Numbered from the stretch's first letter, positions 1 to 10,008 are shown. The stretch: DNA of 64,000 bases from Patescibacteria group bacterium (GCA_049515915.1 JBEKTP010000002.1:36524-100523), one strand, 5' to 3'. Notes: generated by a model not told the origin, from the letters alone. Translations and numbers: made by a program.

Positions 1-336
1 CATCAAGAATTTAACGGATCATCGAGTTCGGAAATTAACGCTGGTAATATGTTACAATGGTCGGACGATGATTTGAAAATGAAATTCGGTGTTCTGGCGG
101 CTTATCACCTGCCCGGCGTAGGCCAAACGGATCTCAAAGCCGCCGGCAATTCGGTTGATATTTTCCGCCTCGTTTTAGACCACTATTTCGGCTACAATTT
201 ACCTTATTTACCCGAATGCTATTATGCTTATCCGAACGGACGCGTCCAACCCTTCCGCTACGAAAATATTAACGTTCAACTAACTGGCCAAGCCAATTCC
301 GTTTGTCCGGCCAATAGTGATTTTAATTCTCATTAA
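1..336 (+). CDS. 3' part of a gene running in from the left edge; hypothetical
   Basis: Frame open from position 1 to TAA at 336; start lies outside the window. Confidence 0.6.
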   Translation, partial: HQEFNGSSSSEINAGNMLQWSDDDLKMKFGVLAAYHLPGVGQTDLKAAGNSVDIFRLVLDHYFGYNLPYLPECYYAYPNGRVQPFRYENINVQLTGQANSVCPANSDFNSH

Positions 337-341
337 TTAAT

Positions 342-566
342 TTATTTCTTTCGCAGAAGTTCGATTTCTAAGATGATATAACCGATTCCTAAAATCACCA
401 CTCCGCCCATAACTTTGAAAAACGGAAAAGCCAATGTCGTGCCTAAACCAAAGGCCGTAATCAGCCACGACGCCAGGCCAATAGCGCAGACAATCGCGCC
501 GAATAAAATCAAAGCCAAACCAACCCCCAAAAAAGAGATTTTGTTGTAATCTCTTTTGCTAAACAT
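342..566 (-). CDS. Small 2-TM membrane protein
   Basis: 74 aa, two hydrophobic helices, AAGGAGG RBS upstream. Confidence 0.75.
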   Translation of the reverse strand: MFSKRDYNKISFLGVGLALILFGAIVCAIGLASWLITAFGLGTTLAFPFFKVMGGVVILGIGYIILEIELLRKK

Positions 567-656
567 TTTTGCCTCCTTACTAAATCAAAATATTTCGAAT
601 GCTTCTTTTATTTATTATATCCGATTTTCCTTTCAAATCTCAAATTTTTTTAAAAC

Positions 657-718
657 AAAAAAGAGGCAGTTCTTAAAGCGGACTAAATAGAATTACCACC
701 TTAGAGAACTGCCCCTTT
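657..718 (-). terminator. Long hairpin terminator downstream of the 725..1006 gene
   Basis: ggcagttct ... agaactgcc inverted repeat followed by a T-run on the minus strand. Confidence 0.6.
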
Positions 719-724
719 GGCTGT

Positions 725-1006
725 TTACTCTTCTTCCTTTTCTTTGCCATGCCAGCCATGCATGCCGTGCTTTTCTTTCCAATCCATTTTCATATCGCTC
801 TCGATTGCCATATCAAGCATCTTCTTTAAAACCTCTTTAACTTTGGCCTCTTCCATCCCCTTTTCTTTGAGCGAGTGTTTGACTTTGGCGATGCCAAACA
901 TTATTTTTTTGGCACCCCACATCACATGCTCATCAACCATATCCTTGTCGAGCCCCAGCTCTTTCCACTTCTTCATCATTTCTTCTTTAGCTTTTTCGTC
1001 CATCAT
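725..1006 (-). CDS. Small Met/Lys/Glu-rich protein with His-rich C-terminus
   Basis: GGAGGTG RBS before ATG 1006; ends HGMHGWHGKEKEEE. Confidence 0.75.
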   Translation of the reverse strand: MMDEKAKEEMMKKWKELGLDKDMVDEHVMWGAKKIMFGIAKVKHSLKEKGMEEAKVKEVLKKMLDMAIESDMKMDWKEKHGMHGWHGKEKEEE

Positions 1007-1107
1007 TTTAATCACCTCCCTTCTTAGCAAAATGTAATACGAGACTTTAGTGAAACTTCTTTCATTGAGGTCTTGGCAACAACTTTAAGACACGTTAAAA
1101 TTAAGAA

Positions 1108-2331
1108 GTGTTAAACATCAAAAATTATAATCTCAGAAGTAGTAGCGGCCGATCTCGAAAGCGGTTTACCTGGCCATTGATAATTCTCCTGCTTATTGCC
1201 TATATCGTGGTTGTTTTATTTTTGCCGCTTCCAAAATTAACTGCTCAAGGGGCCAATATCCCGCTCCCGGTTTCTTATCAAGCCTCTATTTCTTGGCCCG
1301 CCTATGGCCAAGCGGCCGTGGGCGCTCAAAATTACGGCGTTTTAGCCACGCACGGCAAGCAGGTCGGCACTCCGATTGCTAGCATCGCCAAAACGATGGT
1401 CGCTTTGGCGGTTTTAAAACAAAAACCGCTCAAACTTGACGAGCAAGGCCCTTCCGTCACAATGACAGCGAATGACGTGAAACTTTACTCGGCCGCTTTA
1501 GCTCAAAATGGCTCGGTCGTACCCGTTCAACTGGGCGAGAGCTTAACTGAATACCAACTCCTCCAGGCCCTGCTTGTTCCTTCAGGCGATAACATTGCCG
1601 ACTCTTTAGCCGATTGGGCCTACGGCTCGACAACTAATTATCTAAGTTTTGCTAATGAGCAGGTTGCCCAGTGGGGATTGAAAAACACCCATTTTGCCGA
1701 TGCGAGCGGCCTTTCCGCCCAAACGGTCAGCTCGGCCGAAGACTTGGTCATCTTAGGCGAAAAAATCCTCGCCGAACCGGTTTTAGCCCAGATCGTCAGC
1801 CAAGCCCAAGTGACTTTACCGATTATTGGGACGGCGCGAAATTATAATAGTATTTTAGGTCAGGAAAATATTATCGGCATTAAAACCGGTAATACGAACG
1901 AAGCCGGTGGTTGTTTTCTTTTTGCCGCCAAAACAAGTATCAACAACGAAGACGTGACGCTGATCGGAGCGATCTTAGATGCCACCAGTCGAAACCAAGC
2001 ATTGGCCGACACTAAAACTTTTTTGCGCACTAACGCCGGGAGCTTTCAGTTGGCCACCACCGTCTTGGCCGGTCAGGAAGTTGGTTCCTATCAGACGCCT
2101 TGGGGTAAAGAGATAAAGGTTACCGCCAAAAGCGACCTCTCAATCCTGACACTGGCGGGCGAACCGCTTTCGGTAAAAGCCAATTTCAACCCCATCACGA
2201 AAGCAACTAAAAAAGGAACAATAGTTGGCACAATTACCGCCACTTCAGGAGAAGCGACCGCCACGGTGCCAGCTGTGCTGGAAAGTACAATCTCCCGCCC
2301 ACCATTCTTTTGGCGTCTCTTTCATCCTTAA
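1108..2331 (+). CDS. dacA: D-alanyl-D-alanine carboxypeptidase (peptidase S11)
   Basis: N-terminal TM; ASIAK (SxxK), PSGDN (SxN position), GIKTG (KTG). Confidence 0.85.
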   Translation: MLNIKNYNLRSSSGRSRKRFTWPLIILLLIAYIVVVLFLPLPKLTAQGANIPLPVSYQASISWPAYGQAAVGAQNYGVLATHGKQVGTPIASIAKTMVALAVLKQKPLKLDEQGPSVTMTANDVKLYSAALAQNGSVVPVQLGESLTEYQLLQALLVPSGDNIADSLADWAYGSTTNYLSFANEQVAQWGLKNTHFADASGLSAQTVSSAEDLVILGEKILAEPVLAQIVSQAQVTLPIIGTARNYNSILGQENIIGIKTGNTNEAGGCFLFAAKTSINNEDVTLIGAILDATSRNQALADTKTFLRTNAGSFQLATTVLAGQEVGSYQTPWGKEIKVTAKSDLSILTLAGEPLSVKANFNPITKATKKGTIVGTITATSGEATATVPAVLESTISRPPFFWRLFHP

Positions 2332-2385
2332 AATAATTTTCTCCACTTGTGATATAATTATAGATAGAAACCTTTGGAAGGGGCC

Positions 2386-3942
2386 ATGTCATATCTCAAA
2401 CGCTTGGGCAAAGCCGATTTACACATCCATAGTAATTATTCCGACGCCAAAATGTCCGTCTCGGACATTTTAAATTACGCCGAAAATAAAACCGATCTTG
2501 ATATTATCGCCATCACCGACCACAACACGATTTCGGGCGCTCAAAATGCTCAAAAGATTGCTCTTGAAAAGAATCTACGGGTCAAAGTTATTGTGGGCGA
2601 AGAAATAAGTTGTCGAGAAGGCCACATTGTGGCCTTATTTTTAAAAAAAGAAATTCCTAAAGGATTAAGCCTTGATGAAGCAATTATGCGAATTAAAAAA
2701 CAAGGCGGCCTTGCAATCGCCCCTCATCCATTTTTCCGCACTCCACTTAAAGAAGATCATACAATTTTGATGAACGGAATCGGTTTAGAAAAACTGCTGA
2801 AGTTTAAGACTAAATTTGACGCCGTCGAGATAGCGAACGCCAATTTAGTTCTCGGAAAATCAAACCTTAAAGCGCAGCTTTTTAATCACCTCTTCATCCG
2901 TCAAAGCGAGCTCGGTTCTAGTGACGCTCATATAGTTGAGGCCATCGGCAAAAGTTTCACCGCTTTTGAAGGAAAAAGCCTTATCCGTCTTAAAAACGCC
3001 CTCAAAAACCATCAGACCGTCGCCTGCTCTAACCGATGGAAGATGGTAAATTTGTTCAAATACGGCTTTCTATTTTTACCGACCACTCTGATGTTATTTT
3101 CACGCATGCTGAACCGAAATTTCGTCGATTCAATTTTTAAAATTTCGGCCGTCACTCACCTCTTCACTCTCTTTTTGCTCCGCCAATTTAAAAATTTAGC
3201 CGTTTTATATCGATACAATCGCTTAAAATTTGCGGCCGCCAGTTTTTTGTTTTTAATTTTCGCTATCATTGCCATCTTTTCACCAAACGCTAAATTCCAA
3301 CTCGACCGCTCAACCGATTATCTTCAAGGAATCGGCGCTAATATCATTAAGGTTCACGCCGCTTCTGGCCTGGCCAAAGTCAAGCACGCCGAAATTTATA
3401 TTAATCCGCTGGATAATGAAATGGCCATCTTGATCGGGATTTTACTTTTTCTTATTATTATTTCGCTGAATCCCGAACCGCTCAACGGGTTAGGACAAGA
3501 CGCGCTCGCCGGGCCAAAAAGAATAACTTTGATGTTGGAAAAAAACCCAAGAAACAGACACATCCAAAAAATATTAAAGCTTTTAAAGCAAGAAAACGTC
3601 AAAGGTGTCGCCTACCATCGCTGTTTAACCTTGCCTTTTACCAATCGGCGAAAAGTCACTCAACTTATCAGTGTCGATGAAGCCGGCTGGCGGTTGATTT
3701 TGTGGGATATGGAGAAAAGTCCCAAAAATTTAAAACCAGAAGTTTTGGCCGAAAAAGTTTTAGACAATATAAGATTTAATTCAATTTTGGTGCTTCATCC
3801 CGGCTTAGATGAGAATCATCAGTCACTTGAGGCACTTAAAATAATCATCCAAGAACTCAAAAAACAAGGTTATCAATTCACTCATTCTGCCGATTTTATA
3901 TCGTTTAATCCATTCAAAACGGCCGAAAGTCTTAACTCTTAA
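2386..3942 (+). CDS. PHP-domain protein fused via TM segments to a degenerate NodB-like deacetylase domain
   Basis: DLHIHS, AITDHN, HPF, SSDAH PHP motifs; C-terminal LILWD..SILVLHPG..LKKQGYQF NodB-like pattern. Confidence 0.75.
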   Translation: MSYLKRLGKADLHIHSNYSDAKMSVSDILNYAENKTDLDIIAITDHNTISGAQNAQKIALEKNLRVKVIVGEEISCREGHIVALFLKKEIPKGLSLDEAIMRIKKQGGLAIAPHPFFRTPLKEDHTILMNGIGLEKLLKFKTKFDAVEIANANLVLGKSNLKAQLFNHLFIRQSELGSSDAHIVEAIGKSFTAFEGKSLIRLKNALKNHQTVACSNRWKMVNLFKYGFLFLPTTLMLFSRMLNRNFVDSIFKISAVTHLFTLFLLRQFKNLAVLYRYNRLKFAAASFLFLIFAIIAIFSPNAKFQLDRSTDYLQGIGANIIKVHAASGLAKVKHAEIYINPLDNEMAILIGILLFLIIISLNPEPLNGLGQDALAGPKRITLMLEKNPRNRHIQKILKLLKQENVKGVAYHRCLTLPFTNRRKVTQLISVDEAGWRLILWDMEKSPKNLKPEVLAEKVLDNIRFNSILVLHPGLDENHQSLEALKIIIQELKKQGYQFTHSADFISFNPFKTAESLNS

Positions 3943-5728
3943 TTTCTTTGACCGCCAAGAGCTCGTTAAAGCCAAGATTGGAAAGTATTTTCCCCCTAAG
4001 AATGGGGATTTTTAGTTGGCTTTGATAAACGCCTACCGCTTGAGATTTTACCTTGAGTGCATTTTCATCGAGGGGAAATTTTTGCCAGTCGCCGGCGCGA
4101 CGAGAAGAAATAGCCCAAATCAAATAACGATAAACTTTTCCTGGGAAATTCTCATTTACTAGAATTTGTTCCACTACTTGGCTCGTCATCCGATGATCGG
4201 GGTGCAGGTCGTGCGGATGAGGACAAAGGACAATATCGGGCGAGAACTTCTCGATCAATTCTTGAAAACTTTTTCTGAGACCGTCTCGAGCAAATCTCAA
4301 CCGACCGTCTCGATAATTTAAAAAAAATAAATCGGATTCTTTGACACCAAGATGGCTCGTCGCCTGACGAAACTCCCGAAAGCGCCGATCTTTTTGGTGA
4401 AGCATATTGCCGTCGGTGACCAAAACAATTTTTACTTTTGCTCCGGCTTTCACCGATTCATAAATAAAACCGCCCGCCCCGATTGATTCATCATCAGGAT
4501 GAGGGGCAAAAACTAAAACTTTTTCGTTTTTCCGCGGGAGGGCAATATCTCGATTGAGAGCCAGATGTTTTTTGACCAATCCAGCAAAGCAGACTTCAGT
4601 TTGACTTAAAACGTTCTTGATGCTATGTTTGGCCGCCAATTTTAACGAGGACTCGCCCATTTTTTTTCTGAGCTCGTCGTTTGATAAAATTCGGATAATT
4701 TTTTCGGCTAAATCATGGCTCTTTTTACTCTCAAAGAGCAAACCATTTTTTTGATCAAGAATTAATTCCGGCAAAGCGCCAGCGTTGGCCCCGACAATCG
4801 GCAAACCGACGGCCATCGCTTCCAGTGTCACTTTACTTTGAGTCTCATAACCGGCCGGGATGACAAACAAGGACGCCGCTTGATAAAGACGCGGCAAATC
4901 GCTCGAGTTAAACGGCACAAAACCTAAGAAGCTGACCTCTCTTTTCAGATTTTTCTTGGTCGCTAACTTTTTTAGATGCTTTAAATCTTGACCTTGACCC
5001 ACGATGGCAAAATGGACGTCAATTTTTTGGAGAACTATTGGCACCGCCTCAATCAAAGTCGTGAGGTTTTTATCAGCGTCAATCCGCCCAGTAAATAAAA
5101 TTAAGGGTTTTTGAGGGAGATGATATTTCGAGAAAATCTTGTTCGAATCCGTTTTAGCGGGCGAAAATCGCTTAGTGTCCACCCCGTTAGAGATAACTTC
5201 AATCGGTTGGCAGATTCCCCAAGATTGAAGGTCTTTTTTGACCGTTTCACTCGGGCATAAAATCAAATCGCAATGACTATAGAAACTTTTAAGATATTTT
5301 TTAACCACCAATCTTATGGGCGGGTGAAAAGCCCAAAGCCGTCGAACATAAGTTAAAAGAAAATCTAAATTGAAATGAACTGTCGCCACGATTGGAATGT
5401 TTTCTTTTTGAGCTGATTTTAAAAGACCGGTGCCGATATGGAGTGGATCATGAATATGGATGAGATCAGGTTTGATTTTTCTAACCGCTAAAAGAATTGA
5501 TTTCTTACTTCCCTTAGCCACCAATAAATCTTGCCGAAATAGATACGGGCTCGAGCGAAAGCGAACCACTTTAAATTTGAATTGGTCATCTCGCGCGGCT
5601 GGATTTTCAGGCGCAAAAACAAAAACCTCATGGCCTTTCGCGGAAAGATCGCCGGCTAAAGTTTCGGCCGCTAAAGCTACCCCCGAAACAAACGGGGCAA
5701 ATTGATCCGAGCCAATTATTATCTTCAT
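3932..5728 (-). CDS. GT4 glycosyltransferase fused to PIG-L family deacetylase
   Basis: SNGVD, FTGRI, ETQSKVTLEAMA (EX7E); C-terminal APHPDDE and HPDH. Confidence 0.9.
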   Translation of the reverse strand: MKIIIGSDQFAPFVSGVALAAETLAGDLSAKGHEVFVFAPENPAARDDQFKFKVVRFRSSPYLFRQDLLVAKGSKKSILLAVRKIKPDLIHIHDPLHIGTGLLKSAQKENIPIVATVHFNLDFLLTYVRRLWAFHPPIRLVVKKYLKSFYSHCDLILCPSETVKKDLQSWGICQPIEVISNGVDTKRFSPAKTDSNKIFSKYHLPQKPLILFTGRIDADKNLTTLIEAVPIVLQKIDVHFAIVGQGQDLKHLKKLATKKNLKREVSFLGFVPFNSSDLPRLYQAASLFVIPAGYETQSKVTLEAMAVGLPIVGANAGALPELILDQKNGLLFESKKSHDLAEKIIRILSNDELRKKMGESSLKLAAKHSIKNVLSQTEVCFAGLVKKHLALNRDIALPRKNEKVLVFAPHPDDESIGAGGFIYESVKAGAKVKIVLVTDGNMLHQKDRRFREFRQATSHLGVKESDLFFLNYRDGRLRFARDGLRKSFQELIEKFSPDIVLCPHPHDLHPDHRMTSQVVEQILVNENFPGKVYRYLIWAISSRRAGDWQKFPLDENALKVKSQAVGVYQSQLKIPILRGKILSNLGFNELLAVKEIKS

Positions 5729-6717
5729 GCCAGTCTGAGAACCTTTTTATATTCAAGCAATGTTTTTTTGGCAATCGAAATCACGCTTTTTTCAGCGGCC
5801 AATTTCCTAGCATTTCTACCCAAACAGTCTCTTAATTTTTTATCTTTAATCAACCGCGTCAGATATCTTTCAAATTCGCGTTCATTTTTGGCTTTCAGAC
5901 AATTTTGGCCATGAACCAGCCATCCCTTATAGACCGGAATATCGCGCACTAAAATCGGCAAGCCGTAGGCAGCGGCCTCCACGACCGCCATCCCTTCATT
6001 TTCCTCAACAGACGGAAAAACAAAAATATCTAAACTGTTGAAGGCCTCGTCAATATGTTCGACATAGCCAGTAAATCTAATATTTTGAGGCAATTTTTTC
6101 GCGGAATTTTTAATCAAGGCGCCGCTAAGACTAAAAAGTCGCCCAAACCAGAGAAAGTTATTTCGGGGAAATTTCTCAGCTAAGTGGACAAAAGTATTGA
6201 CCCCTTTGCGCGGCATAACCAAGCCGACGGTCCCAACGACCACACCGCCATTTAATTTAAACTTCTTTTTGCCGGCCATGGCTTTGGCTTCGTCTTTGAA
6301 GTGTTTTGCCAAATCAACGGCGTTAGTGTGGACAACAATTTTTTCGGCCGGCAAACCATAACTTATCAGGATGGATTTGGTGTATTCGGTCGGTGAAAAA
6401 ATCAGGTCGGCTGAGCCATAAACATAAGTTAGATATTTTCTAAAAAATGGGATGACAAAAGGGATAGCTTTAAACATTTGGGCGGTATCTTCGACGGTTG
6501 TATGAGACCAAATAACAACTTTTTTACCCTGGCGCTTAGCTTTTTTCATCAAAAAAAGTGAGCGCGGCCAAGGCGAATTAAGCTGCAAAATATCGCACGA
6601 TTCATTATATCGAGTTGTAAAAGGAATACCTAACCTCTTCAAAATCACCTTCTGATTTTTATAAGAAGAAAGAATACCGCCGGAATGATAAAATTCTAAA
6701 TAAAGACAAATCTTCAT
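5725..6717 (-). CDS. GT4 glycosyltransferase (glycolipid synthase-like)
   Basis: RKGV, FVFPSVEENEGMAVVEAAA; ATGA-type overlaps with both neighbours. Confidence 0.85.
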   Translation of the reverse strand: MKICLYLEFYHSGGILSSYKNQKVILKRLGIPFTTRYNESCDILQLNSPWPRSLFLMKKAKRQGKKVVIWSHTTVEDTAQMFKAIPFVIPFFRKYLTYVYGSADLIFSPTEYTKSILISYGLPAEKIVVHTNAVDLAKHFKDEAKAMAGKKKFKLNGGVVVGTVGLVMPRKGVNTFVHLAEKFPRNNFLWFGRLFSLSGALIKNSAKKLPQNIRFTGYVEHIDEAFNSLDIFVFPSVEENEGMAVVEAAAYGLPILVRDIPVYKGWLVHGQNCLKAKNEREFERYLTRLIKDKKLRDCLGRNARKLAAEKSVISIAKKTLLEYKKVLRLA

Positions 6718-7304
6718 CGGGAATTTTTCGATTTTACTCTTCTTGTTATCCAAATATAAACCAAAATGCCTAAAATGACCAGCCCCGCGACAGCCCAAGA
6801 TAAATCATGTGAATATCGGCTTAACCTTAAATAAAGTTGGGCAAAATAAAATCCAACCAAGAGAAAGAAAAGGGTTTTTGGCACGGTGGCCAAAAAATTA
6901 TACCAGATAAAATCCCAGAGCGGCATGGCCGCCATACCAGCGGCGACCAGAATCGGCCCGCCGACCGCCTGAGTCAGTTTACCAATAATTAAAGTGCGCG
7001 CTCCCTGATTACCAAAATGACTTTCGAGACGGTCGATTCGACTTTCCGTCAGACCAATCCACCGCCCCCATTTTTTCACAAATACCCGTCCGCCATAACG
7101 CCCGAAGGCGTAGTAAATGATGTCACCGACTAAATCAGCAAAGATAATGATGGGCAAAGCAATAAAAAAATTAAAAACACCAACCGAGGCAAGCGAGCCC
7201 GCCACTACCGTCACGATCGGCCCGGCCACCACCATCAAGGGGAATAAAATATAATATCGAAAGTGGACCAGCCACTGGGCAATTTGTGGTTCGGAAAAAT
7301 GCAT
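6714..7304 (-). CDS. dedA: DedA family membrane protein
   Basis: GDIIYYAFGRYGG motif, AAGMAAMPLWDF. Confidence 0.85.
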   Translation of the reverse strand: MHFSEPQIAQWLVHFRYYILFPLMVVAGPIVTVVAGSLASVGVFNFFIALPIIIFADLVGDIIYYAFGRYGGRVFVKKWGRWIGLTESRIDRLESHFGNQGARTLIIGKLTQAVGGPILVAAGMAAMPLWDFIWYNFLATVPKTLFFLLVGFYFAQLYLRLSRYSHDLSWAVAGLVILGILVYIWITRRVKSKNSR

Positions 7305-7435
7305 TGGCTCCTATCAAAAAGGATTTTGGCCTGGGTTTTTTGCGCCTCGTGATTAAATTATATCAAGGCCTGAAAAAAGTTTCAAACTTATTTGACGATT
7401 GTTACCAGCCAGACGACAATTTTTCAAAGGAAAGG

Positions 7436-7954
7436 TTAAGTCGAGGTGCCATTCGAGTTAGAACTGTTAGTACTTCCACTACCATTAAATCCGCCCGAGC
7501 CCGGGCTAAAGTTTGTCGGTCGCTGAAACTGACCGATAATAATCATCCGCGGCGTAATATCACTTGAAGTAGTGTCGCTCGCCATGACATTGATTTCATC
7601 TCCGACCTTAAGATCAGAAAGTGATAGCTGAGTCATCTGACCATTTTGTTGTTCCATAATTCGAGTCGAAGAGGAAATGTCGATATTTTTAGTTGAACCA
7701 TCGTCGGCTTTCATAACGATCGTTTGGCCATTGAGCGCGGTAATATTGCCGTGTAAAGGTTTAAAATTGTCCCGACTGCCGCCAAAGCGTCTTGAACCGC
7801 TCGATCCACTCTGGCTACCGCTATTGGCGGAAGCTTGTTGATTACTCGATTTTGAGGATTTGAATAATTCATAGCCGCCGAAAATTGCCGCGAGGATCAC
7901 GACAAAAATTAAAATTAAATAAGGCAGGTTCTTTTTAAAATCTTTTTTGCCCAT
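7436..7954 (-). CDS. Membrane-anchored protein with DUF5666-like OB-fold and Gly/Ser linkers
   Basis: N-terminal TM; G.I..L.G....V..DDG...LSDLKVGDEINV pattern. Confidence 0.65.
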   Translation of the reverse strand: MGKKDFKKNLPYLILIFVVILAAIFGGYELFKSSKSSNQQASANSGSQSGSSGSRRFGGSRDNFKPLHGNITALNGQTIVMKADDGSTKNIDISSSTRIMEQQNGQMTQLSLSDLKVGDEINVMASDTTSSDITPRMIIIGQFQRPTNFSPGSGGFNGSGSTNSSNSNGTST

Positions 7955-8071
7955 AAATCTTTCTTTAATATTAATCAAAAAATCTGGGTTAAATGTAACC
8001 CTATTTATAGATACGCTAATTAAGTTAAAAATATTTCAAAGAGTGGCTATGAACCCAAATATCTAGCTCGT

Positions 8072-8239
8072 TTAATAATTTTGGCCGATTTTATAGCCAA
8101 TATAGACACCCAAAAGAGCCCCGACGGTGCCGGTCAAAACTGAAGTGATTGAAAGCGAACTGACACCGAAAATAAGCGGCAGATAACCACCCACAAAAGA
8201 GCCGACAATCATCCCGACGCCAATAAATAACTTCTGCAT
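8072..8239 (-). CDS. 55-aa Gly-rich 2-TM protein (not in ORF track)
   Basis: Hand translation MQKLFIGVGMIVGSFVGGYLPLIFGVSSLSITSVLTGTVGALLGVYIGYKIGQNY*. Confidence 0.7.
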   Translation of the reverse strand: MQKLFIGVGMIVGSFVGGYLPLIFGVSSLSITSVLTGTVGALLGVYIGYKIGQNY

Positions 8240-8276
8240 AGTTCTATTCTATCATTAAATCTCTAAGCTTTTTTGA

Positions 8277-8286
8277 TGGCTCCCCG
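8277..8286 (-). repeat. 10-bp copy of tRNA-Asn 3' end (att-like direct repeat)
   Basis: tggctccccg at 8277-8286 identical to 10107-10116. Confidence 0.6.
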
Positions 8287-8397
8287 ACAATTCAAAATTT
8301 ATAGACCTACTAAACGATTATGAATACTGGAGGATAGTGAAGAGAAAGATGGCAGTGTTGCAATGGGCATAGAATTACTTATAATGCAAAATTAATT

Positions 8398-10008
8398 TTA
8401 TAGCTTGCTAAGCCAATTGGAAATATAAGCCAAAATTTTATCAAAAAAACTTGTTTGATTCATTCCGGTTGCCGGTAAAGCAGTGACGACAGATGTAGCG
8501 GGAGTAGACGTAATATCACCCGCGTATTTGATAATAACGGTGTTGTCGTTATTAATTGCACCGGTCGCCGTCACATTATTACCGAAATTATATTCACCGT
8601 TACCATCAATCATACCCACCGCATAAGCATTACCATTAGAGTCAACCGAAATACCATAAAGGTAGCAATCTTCCGGTGCAGTGACGGCTGAACTAGCCCA
8701 TTGAGCTACGCCACTGGAATTATATTTGATGACAAAACCGTTATTATCATCAGCATCACCGCCGCTCACGGTCACACCGCTACCAAAATTAAATTTCGTA
8801 TTGCTGCCAATCTCGCCCGCGGCATAAACATTGTCACTAGAGTCAACTGAGATACTGGTAAAATAGGAATCGCTTGGCGCCGCCGGCGTGGTTGATTTAG
8901 CCCACTGAGCCAGACCGCTGGAATTATATTTGACAATGATCGTATTGTCACCAGAGCCATCGCCGCCAGTTACCGTCGCGCCGTTACCAAAATCAAATTC
9001 GCTATTGCCGCCAATCTTACCGGCCGCATAGATATTATTATCAGAACCAACCACGATGCCGGTAAAAGTAGAATCGGCCGGCGCCGTGACAGCCGCTTTG
9101 GCCCACTGGGCGACGCCGGCTGAGCTGTATTTGATGATAACGGCGTTGTCGCTGGAATTATCTTTGCCAGTTACCGTCACGCCATTACCGAAATCATATT
9201 CGCCGCCGTCGCTGATGTAACCACCAATGTAAATATTATTATCAGCACTAACCGAAACACTATCAAACCATGCAATGCTTGGCGCCGTGATGGCGCTTTC
9301 GGCCCACTGGGCCGTGCCGCTGGAGTTATATTTAACGATGACGCCGTTATCCGTCGCACTATTACCAGTTACCGTTGCGCCGTTGCCGAAATCATATTGA
9401 GTATTGCCGTCAATATAGCCAACTGCGTAAATATTGTTATCAGGGCCAACCGAGATACCATTGAAACCAGAATCGCTTGGCGCGGTAGCGGCAGTTTTGG
9501 CCCACTGGGCGACGCCGGCTGAGCTGTATTTGATGATAACGGCGTTGTCGTTTCCAGCATCGCCGCCAGTTACCGTTGCGCCGTTGCCGAAATTAAATTC
9601 AACGTTGCCGTTGATGTAACCACCGACGCAGATACTATTATCAGGACCAATCGCGAGAGCACTAAAAAAGGAGCTACCTGGCGCCGTGGAGGCGGTTTCG
9701 GCCCACTGGGTTACGCCGCTAGAGTTGTACTTAACGATGACACCATTATCAGTTGCATTATTGCCAGTTACCGTCACGCCATTACCGAAATCAAATTCGC
9801 CGTTGCCGTTAATATGGCCGGCGGCATAGATATTGTTTCTGGAGTCAACCGCCGTCGCAAAAAAATCGGAACCGGCTGGCGCTGTCACAGTTGTTTCGGC
9901 CCACTGAGGATCACCCGGTGTTGAAGCGGCTAGTGCTATCCCCGACCGAGACAAAAACAAAGTTAACATAAATAGATCAATTAAAACCAAGGTTAGATTT
10001 TTTTTCAT
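8398..10008 (-). CDS. Secreted 7-repeat beta-propeller-like surface protein with LPATG motif
   Basis: Signal peptide MKKNLTLV..; seven ~66-aa repeats starting QWA; C-terminal LPATG. Confidence 0.8.
   Translation of the reverse strand: MKKNLTLVLIDLFMLTLFLSRSGIALAASTPGDPQWAETTVTAPAGSDFFATAVDSRNNIYAAGHINGNGEFDFGNGVTVTGNNATDNGVIVKYNSSGVTQWAETASTAPGSSFFSALAIGPDNSICVGGYINGNVEFNFGNGATVTGGDAGNDNAVIIKYSSAGVAQWAKTAATAPSDSGFNGISVGPDNNIYAVGYIDGNTQYDFGNGATVTGNSATDNGVIVKYNSSGTAQWAESAITAPSIAWFDSVSVSADNNIYIGGYISDGGEYDFGNGVTVTGKDNSSDNAVIIKYSSAGVAQWAKAAVTAPADSTFTGIVVGSDNNIYAAGKIGGNSEFDFGNGATVTGGDGSGDNTIIVKYNSSGLAQWAKSTTPAAPSDSYFTSISVDSSDNVYAAGEIGSNTKFNFGSGVTVSGGDADDNNGFVIKYNSSGVAQWASSAVTAPEDCYLYGISVDSNGNAYAVGMIDGNGEYNFGNNVTATGAINNDNTVIIKYAGDITSTPATSVVTALPATGMNQTSFFDKILAYISNWLSKL

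Noticed and set aside
1108-2331. SGD instead of SxN in DacA as a sign of inactivation
   Set aside because: SxxK and KTG are intact and variation at this position occurs; too weak to claim
7303-7311. attggctcc match to the tRNA-Asn 3' end as a third att site
   Set aside because: It is the GGAG RBS and start region of dedA; probably chance
9097-9550. Identical DNA repeats as a DGR template/variable pair
   Set aside because: In-frame protein repeats with no adenine-specific mismatches; no reverse transcriptase in the window
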